From positions 310,001-374,000 of the forward strand of contig OZ024743.1 in NCBI GenBank assembly GCA_964016885.1: a stretch of 64,000 nucleotides of DNA. Reading direction: 5' to 3'. Positions 55,531 to 64,000 of the stretch are shown one piece after another; the first letter of the stretch is position 1; each line of letters begins with the position of its first letter. The notes beneath the pieces are model-generated. The model saw only the letters and a program-made list of their open reading frames with translations, was not told the origin of the DNA and made no database searches. The DNA comes from Eledone cirrhosa (lineage: Eukaryota). The translations under genes were made by a program, and so were the position numbers.

Positions 55531-57839
55531 TTAATATTATTTTATAGGCATTGCCCTTGGCGAATTTCAGAGCTGACTGCAATGGCGGGAAGAAGGTGTG
55601 GAAAAACTGGAAATATGATTCGAACTTTTTGAACGAATTAAACACCACGAAAGTCACCCAAAAGCAAAATATCGGTGTTAAACTGAGAATCATTTTTCGT
55701 CTATCCGCCAATATCCCGCAATGAAAGAGTAACCCATGAAACATTAAAATTATTCTTATTCCCAAGGCAAAAACTTATCCAAACTCTTAAATTTAACCGT
55801 ATATTATTTTTGGTTATCGTAATGTTTATACGTAATAAATTGTTGATTTGTTGGTAAAGATAATTTAAATGAAATCTCTAAATTTAAAGTAAAAATAAGT
55901 AAAGATGCAAGTAATAGTTTTTTGCTTGTTAGTAGAAAGTGAGTTATTTCTTTAAATAAAGTGCTACGTATATCTGTCCTGACCCGCAATATTGTTTTAT
56001 ATCATCCGAGGTCCACCTTGTGTCAACTAAGTAAAACTAAGCATATATACAAATACAATATACAAACATAAATTTAAATCAAACTACATGAAAAACACTA
56101 GCCATATCTTATGGACAAACATATTCAATTAACTAAAAAACAAATAAACAAAATAACAAAACAAAATAACAATTAAATAGTGTGATAGTGAAAAATGTGA
56201 TCAATAAGGATACAAAAATGTCGCTGTGACCCACAAAAATATCGTATGGCACACTTTGTACATTATTGCTTTAAACAAACGCCCATGAAAAAACAATTAG
56301 TTCCGACGAACGTCAATCCAAAGTAATTTGAGAAAGAGAGCAGGGAGAGAAAAATAGAGAGAGAAAGAGAGCTAAATAGATAGATAGTTAAGTATATATA
56401 TAGAGAGAGAGATAGAGAGAGAGAGAGAGCTGGAGAGTGGGGAAAGAGAGACAGACAGTGTGTGTGTGTGTTTTTCTATTCGCAACGAACTGATACAACC
56501 GGAAAGAGAATACATATTAAAAGCTTTGAAAAACTTTTCAAACGATTAATTGTGATGGTTGACATCTTTCACATATATTGCCGCTTATAAGAAAGGGGAA
56601 AGTCGAGTACCTTAGTGGAATTTTATTTCATGGACCAAAGGATGAAAAGGAAAGTTGACCGCGGCAGTATTTGAATTCAGAACGTAAAAAGGCGGAACAA
56701 ATAACCCAAAAGATTTAGTCCAACGTTCATGCTGGCTTATTTATGCTGCTTCTATAGCCATCAGCACCATGGCGGAATTTAAACTTAGAAAGAGATAAGC
56801 TGCAACAAATACCGAATGATATGCCGTCTAACGCTCTAAAGCTACTGAAGATGCGCCGCCTTGGATTGGTGCTCGATCTACCGACCCGAATAGAGGAAAT
56901 GCAATGCTGCAGGGTGCTAGAAAGTATAACTTAATGGATTCTATGTTAAAATGTCCTTGCTAACTCACCGTTTTTATTTCTTGAATATTATTTATTTAAT
57001 CAACAAAGGTAATGTGAAACCTTGTGGGATTTGAAAACAGAATATTCAGTGTTAATTTAAAACCTACTGGGGTCGATGTAACCAACCGTACCTTCCCCGC
57101 AAAATTTCTAGCCTTGCGCCTTTGTTTAGAATAATGTATAGCGATAGAATAAGCTAAATGGACAACGAAATCTTCAAGTAGATTCGCCGAATTATAGTAT
57201 TTTGCTGAACGTTAAATTACCATTGATGTATGTATTATATCATCGATAGTATTATATGTACTTTAGTGCTCCAATTATCGCATTAATCAATTAATTAGTC
57301 CTAATTAAATCCACATGAATGATTTAGGTCTTTCTCTCGAAGATCTCCTTGACATTGAGCGCTGACAGATATTATCACCGCTCTTTGTCATTTCCACTAA
57401 AACTACCGCCGGCAAACGGGCCAACACAAACTCGCAGTCTACTAGATACAATAGCCAACTCTTTCTCAAATCACACTGATTGTATTCAAAATGCACTTAT
57501 TTAGGGATGTAGATTTAGATACACGCAACAATGGTTTGTCACAGTTGGAAAGCATTTAATTATAGGTCTGCTATGTCAAGGACTAAACAAAGGACTAAAC
57601 TCGTAGAGGCAGATATGAAGGACAAAGTGATAAACTCGTAGAGAGTGATATAACACGCAGCCATTGTTTATCTAAGGATGTATGTAAGGACCCGTAACTC
57701 CTGATCGAGTCATAACGGCGCCGTCATGCAATTCAAATGCTAGAGGAGCGCATCTCCTCTCCAGGTCTGAACACACCCGATTCCTTTCAGAGAAAGAATG
57801 AGAGTAAGAGACAGGAAGTGAGTAAGAGATATAGATGAA

Positions 57840-57998
57840 GAATTGATCCCAATATTGAACTGGTGCTTTTTTATTGACCTCGATATGATGAAAGGCAAAG
57901 TTGACCTCCTTGGAATTTAAACTTAGTTCGCAAAGATCCGGAATGAATACCATAAAGCCTTTTATCTGATGTTCTAACGACTTTTTCAAGTCGCCGCC
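57840..57998 (-). mobile_element. Old Meta-domain-like SINE
   Basis: GATGAAAGGCAAAGTTGACCTC...CAAGTCGCCGCC. Confidence 0.65.
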
Positions 57999-60279
57999 TT
58001 CGTATCTAAGAATACATTATCTAATGTATCCTTAGTTTACTTTTATCCGTTAGACATGGCTTTATATTTAGCAGATCGGTATCTACGAGAAGCTTTCTCA
58101 TCAACACATGATGCTAAAGAGTATAATTAACCAGACTGCATACATGAATCTAATCTTTGCTTGGTGTGACAGAAAAGCTACACTATATTTAAATGTGAAT
58201 TTATTATACAATTCATATTTACCAGTGATTATTTTAATGTGCAGTTGACCCTGCTATTGTAATTTATTTTGTGCAGTAAGTATATATTTTGTGTCAAATA
58301 CTACATGTGCGTACATGTATAATGATGTTTAAACGACTTAAAATACTTATTTTTAAAAATCCATTAGGAATGCATCTCAGACCCAGAAAATATCAAGCAG
58401 TTGGTCAGGGCACCTGCCCCCAAAATTTGTGTGAGGTTAAGCTTGTTTAAAGCCTAATACTTGCTTCGTCATGTTAAAAATTGTAATTAGGTACGATAGG
58501 TAAGGTTGCATAAAGCGTGGCACTCAAATAGGCGAAAGCCTTGACAAGCAAAATAATAGAGTTTCTACCAGATACATTACAATTTGTGTATATTTACGTG
58601 AATTTTATGTTTGCGTGTCTGTGTAACAACCATATATAAGCATTTGCATATGCATACGTGTGCACTTCGCCCTCACTAATATTGAAAATTTAGCATGGTC
58701 AGCGAATTTGAAAATTAGATAGTAACATGTGCTAATGCCGTATTTGATAGAATTAGTCTGTTAGTTGGGATTTAAAATAAAACCCTAAATGGAACAAAGG
58801 ATGAGTATTGACGTACATGGGACACGAACCCACATCTTTGATTTGTCGGACCAATGTGTATCCATTATATATATATACATAATTGGATTTGTTAAATCTA
58901 TATGTCTATCTTTCTAATACATTCTTCCGTTTTTCACTTTACTTGTTTTCTCACTCTCTCTACTTATAACTAAGTATCTTTATACACGTATGTATATCAA
59001 TATATAGTCATTTTTGTTAGTAGTTCGGGTGGAACTACACGTTTTTATTCACCTTTAATGTGTATTATCTGCTACGTTACTTTGTCGTTGGGTTGTCATA
59101 ACTGTTTTTAAGGCGTTGTAACATATGAAGTTGTATAGATGAACAGGAGAATAGATGCTTCTATTCGTTTGTCGTTTACGTCTGTTTATCCATGTGAACA
59201 TTTGCTAATACACGACATATACACACGCACACATTATATGAAAATATTCTCAATAACAACAATAATCACAATAAAATCATCACAAATAACAAGAGGAATC
59301 CTAATACTAAACATGTTTAGTTATCCGAATTATCCCATTACTGAAGGCTTGATTTGACTTGGATTCGTTTCTGCTGTATTCCTGAAATATGTTAATCTGT
59401 TCATTTAATGTTGTTTATTCAATCCTTTAACTGGGTTGGTGATGATACTGCAGACTTTACTTCAAGAGTTAATTGTTATTCATTGTCCAAGCGAAAGCAT
59501 TTATGTGGTCACGGAAGCTGATAGAAATAGTGCCAAAAATCTCAAATCTAACTGCACCGTACTGAAATCAGGACACATTTGACAATATATCTGATACAAA
59601 AAAATGAGAGGGCATGGATGGAGCACCTTTAATCGTAGACATATTCAATCAATGATAATGATAATCGTAGACATATTCAATCAATGATAATATCGAGATA
59701 AACGACTACAACTACTATAACAACAACAACAACAACAACAGCAACACTAAAACAAGATCATAGTCACGCTCTTTCTTCTGTGTGCTTCTACTGCTACTAT
59801 AATAGTTCTTGCGTCTGAGAACTACCAATTGGAGTAGCATTTCCACTCAAGCCCATCATTGTATCCGGCTCTACTTCACATCTCCTTCACCTCTACCCTG
59901 CCACAATTCAAGGGCTAAATATTCTTGAACTAAATGTCTTGTTCAATCATTCTACTCTATACTTTCAACTCTCTAGTTCGTTCGCTGGGCCTATAGTGCA
60001 ACTCTAGTCTACAATGTGAACAGCATGAATAACAGTCTGTCGTTTGCCATTTTCCCTACAGGATGTTACTTGCTGTTAGTACGCTGGCAGGCGCTTTAGA
60101 TGAGAGAAATGCAATTGAAATGAAGAGGGAGACGAAGCCAGTTCACAGACTCAACACTCTAGGAGATTAAAAACATCACTCTGACACTTGCAAACAGATC
60201 GTATATTGTACCCAGCTGTCAATGTTGAAGTGATGCATGTAGTTTCGGTAAACATGTCAGGGTGGAAGTCAAATCCACC

Positions 60280-60282
60280 CCC

Positions 60283-60317
<35 letters not shown>

Positions 60318-60339
60318 CACCACTACCACTACTACTATC

Positions 60340-60376
<37 letters not shown>

Positions 60377-60410
60377 ATACTACTACTATCACCACAACCA
60401 TCACCAGCAC
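60280..60410. repeat. (CTA)/(CCA) mosaic trinucleotide tract
   Basis: Direct reading. Confidence 0.9.
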
Positions 60411-60461
60411 CTTTGATGTTGCTTTCTCGACACATTGTGCTTGCCCGATGGTCCCTTTAAT

Positions 60462-60652
60462 TAATTGTTTCTACTTTTGGCACAAGGCCAGCAATTATTC
60501 CAGTACATTACTGGTACTTTATTTTATCGACCCCATAAGGATGGAAGGCAAAGTGAATCTCGGCGGGATTTGACCTCAGACCATAAAGGTGCATAACTCT
60601 ATGCTGCAAAGCATGGCGTCTGACCTTCTACCGATACTGCCAATCCTCCGAC
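60462..60652 (-). mobile_element. Meta-domain-like tRNA SINE
   Basis: Reverse complement of the family consensus. Confidence 0.85.
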
Positions 60653-62056
60653 CTTTAATTAATATCCATTTGAAATATATCATTATGGTCACCCACATAA
60701 GGGAGAGGATATATCGATAATATTGATCTCTTGTATTTGATTGTTATTTTATTTTACAGACAATACACTGTGAACTGACCTTATTGAAATTATCTGCGCT
60801 GCTTGTTTTTAGATTTTAAACATTCAGAGGAGTTTTTCCCATTAATTCAATAGATAATCTCAGTAAGCCAAAGCTTTTCAACTAACAATATTGAATATGT
60901 GATACCCGACAGTGTTAGTATTTAGCATTCAGATAGCTCTTTTAGGGTATTTTTCTTTATCTATACTCGAATGGAAAAAGCATGAAATACGATAAGAGGA
61001 GGACTTAAAGTTTGCCTCATTAATTCTTGACTTGGGTGAAAACAAAATCCTGCTCTTATCTGTGCTTCAACTGACCTCTTCTAAACTAACTTTTACAACA
61101 TTAGCTATCAACGTTACCAGAAGATGATAATATACTACTCTTCAGAGAAAAAGATAATTCATTTTTTAAATAATTTTCTAAGCTAAGTTTTAAGATAAGT
61201 TCATAATACATGCGTACGATGGTGTTGATATGCAATAGAAAATATATCACACATTCAACCATTACTGATAAAAGAGAATAATTTTTTTTCGAGGATCTTA
61301 TGATCATTGCTTATCAGATAATATGATACTGTTATATAATTGTTTATTTTACCTTTTTGACGCGGACAGTCTATTCTTTGGCTGCGTTGCTAACCTCAAA
61401 ATGGAATCTCTGAAGGAAACGGATATTGAAACTTTTTTTTAGTATATACAAAACTTCAGATTATATTATAATGATTTCGTACATTGGCACAAAGCCACAT
61501 ATTTTAATGGGAAAGGGGGAGTTGATTTAATCGAGCACAATACACGAAGAGCTACATTATATTTCCCCGCCCACAAAATGGAAGGCAATATGGCTAAATA
61601 GGAATTTTGATCTCGGTCTTTGACGAGCAAATAACAAAATACCATATAATACACTATTTAATGACATTTCATATAAATGTTTAAAATTTCTACCAAATCG
61701 TGTATGAAATGTTTCTTTTTGGCAACACTAAGTCATATACTCAAAGTGGCGTTATAGTAGATTGAATTGGTCCCCGTAAATGTTTTGTTAATTAAATCTT
61801 TAGACACATCAATATTACTAGTATACACACACACACACACACACATATGTATATATATATATATATATATATATTTCACCCGAATTGCTGACTAAACACG
61901 AACGTGTTTTTGCTCCAAATAAACTTTCTTCCGTCCCTTTCTCTCCTCACACTCTATCTATATATTTCTCCTTTTATTTCTCATTCTATCTTTTGATGAA
62001 AAAACTAGCCCGAAACGTTAAACTCTTTTCCTACCACATCAAGTGTTAAACTAATA

Positions 62057-62113
<57 letters not shown>

Positions 62114-62304
62114 GAGTGAAAAGGGACATAATACGACATATTTGATTACTGCTGTCTCCACCTGTCTTATACTTTCTATTTCATAAATGCTTCAACTAAC
62201 AGCCACCCCGAGGCATGAGTGAATTAATTTAGCGGGATGCTCGTAGTTGTGAGTCTTGACCTAGTTTCAGAGCATAATAATTAGATTATTATTAGTATTG
62301 TGAA

Positions 62305-62508
62305 ATTGGAAGAGTCCTTAAAGCGTCAGATAAATAATTACCAGTGATCTCGCACTTTACGTTCTGAGTTTAAATCCCACCGAGATTAGCTTTACCTTTC
62401 ATCTTACGTGGTCGGTAAAATAAAGTACCAGTAACGTACTAGGCTCAATTTTATCGTTTTTCCCCTTCCCCTGAATTGTTGGCCTTGTGCCTAAATCAGA
62501 AACCATTA
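62305..62508 (+). mobile_element. Older Meta-domain-like SINE
   Basis: CTGAGTTTAAATCCCACCGAG...CTTTCATCTTACGTGGTCGGTAAAATAAAGTACCAG...GGCCTTGTGCC. Confidence 0.7.
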
Positions 62509-63089
62509 TTACTATTGTCGTGATTTTCGTAATATATCCCTTTCTTGAATTAGGAGTTACGCATATATTGAAAAACATGCATAGGAGGATTCAAGGCCAG
62601 AAAGGATATTCACTGTTTACATAACAGTTGAAGATTAATATAAATGTTGAAGGCTAAGTGGATGCTCAATAGATAATATACATAAATGTATTCAGATTTA
62701 ACAAGCATATTCAATGTTAAAGGAAATGTTTATGGTTAACTGTTACGATTAAAATCAACAAACTTGTTCATGATTAACAAATGTCGTGTAACAATGACTA
62801 CAGATCCTGATATTGAAATTTTCTGGAACGTGCCTATGATATTTTGTGGGTTTATTCTTACATAGTTATGTATCGTTGCAACTATACAAATTGTAAATAG
62901 AATGATAGAGGCATTCGTTAACTACCAATATGTGTTCAGTTCAAAAGCTAAGACCTAGTAATTAATCGACTTTTCAGCTCACTTGTGGGCAACATTCGAA
63001 GCATTTAGTATTGCAATGACGATAAATAATACACCATTGTCATTGTGTCACGAAGAATGATGTTAAGCTTACTAAGTACAATATTCTCT

Positions 63090-63359
<270 letters not shown>

Positions 63360-63534
63360 GTTATTGACGGTTTGCACAGTAAAAGTGATGATTACTGGAT
63401 CTGTTACTGCCTATCTAGTCTCAACAAGGACCTTAGACAGAGACCCCTTTTCTGAGTATGTGCTGTGCTTAGCAGGACACCATTTTCTCAGACCACAATT
63501 GACGTCTTGACGTCTCTAGATTTATCTGCTTAAG

Positions 63535-64000
63535 AAACCATCTTAGATTTAGTGCAGAACATGTATTAATGGATACCATCTTAGATTTAGTGCAGAACAT
63601 GTATTAATGGATACCATCTTAGATTTAGTGCAGAACATGTATTAATGGATACCATCTTAGATTTAGTGCAGAACATGTATTAATGGAAACCATCTTAGAT
63701 TTAGTGCAGAACATGTATTAATGGATACCATCTTAGATTTAGTGCAGAACATGTATTAATGGATACCATCTTAGATTTAGTGCAGAACATGTATTAATGG
63801 ATACCATCTTAGATTTAGTGCAGAACATGTATTAATGGATACCATCTTAGATTTAGTGCAGAACATGTATTAATGGATACCATCTTAGATTTAGTGCAGA
63901 ACATGTATTAATGGATACCATCTTAGATTTAGTGCAGAACATGTATTAATGGAAACCATCTTAGATTTAGTGCAGAACATGTATTAATGGATACCATCTT
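63535..64000. repeat. 38-bp minisatellite, at least 12 copies, running off the window
   Basis: ACCATCTTAGATTTAGTGCAGAACATGTATTAATGGAT with period 38; a single T>A variant in some units. Confidence 0.97.

Noticed and set aside
58814-58866. tRNA gene on the minus strand
   Set aside because: Only A-box and B-box-like pieces are present with no complete cloverleaf; likely a decayed SINE head
59630-59691. Short tandem duplications (also 5645, 8594, 30087, 51841)
   Set aside because: Ordinary slippage duplications of 2-3 copies
60050-60170. Plus-strand exon after TTTTCCCTACAG (also 55549-55725)
   Set aside because: Acceptor-like motif only; short frames with no recognisable homology
61985-62030. 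Hammerhead-like remnants (also near 1727, 18587, 29223, 34998)
   Set aside because: Cores are mutated and stems broken; probably decayed PLE HHRs but not callable
63535-64000. CRISPR array
   Set aside because: Units are contiguous with no unique spacers, and the context is eukaryotic

Overview
AT-rich, microsatellite-saturated eukaryotic non-coding DNA. The SINE and repeat content suggests an octopus/coleoid cephalopod genome (inference). No intact host gene is supportable, and nearly all listed ORFs are translations of (TA)n, (CA)n, (ATGT)n or (AATAT)n. The real content is decayed mobile DNA: tRNA-derived SINEs, RTE, R4/Dong-type and L1/Tx1 LINE 3' fragments, a bipartite non-autonomous RTE derivative (a tandem trimer plus a solo copy), a mariner pseudogene, a MITE and a 38-bp minisatellite. 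The most striking layer is a dense set of Penelope-like element (PLE) 3' ends, mostly embedded in (TA)n. About ten carry recognisable type I hammerhead ribozyme (HHR) folds, most with self-complementary stem III. Several are fold-back palindromes with an HHR, or half an HHR, on each arm. Unrelated families share a small covarying bulged hairpin in the 3' tail downstream of the ribozyme. All structure calls were made by eye and need computational confirmation.
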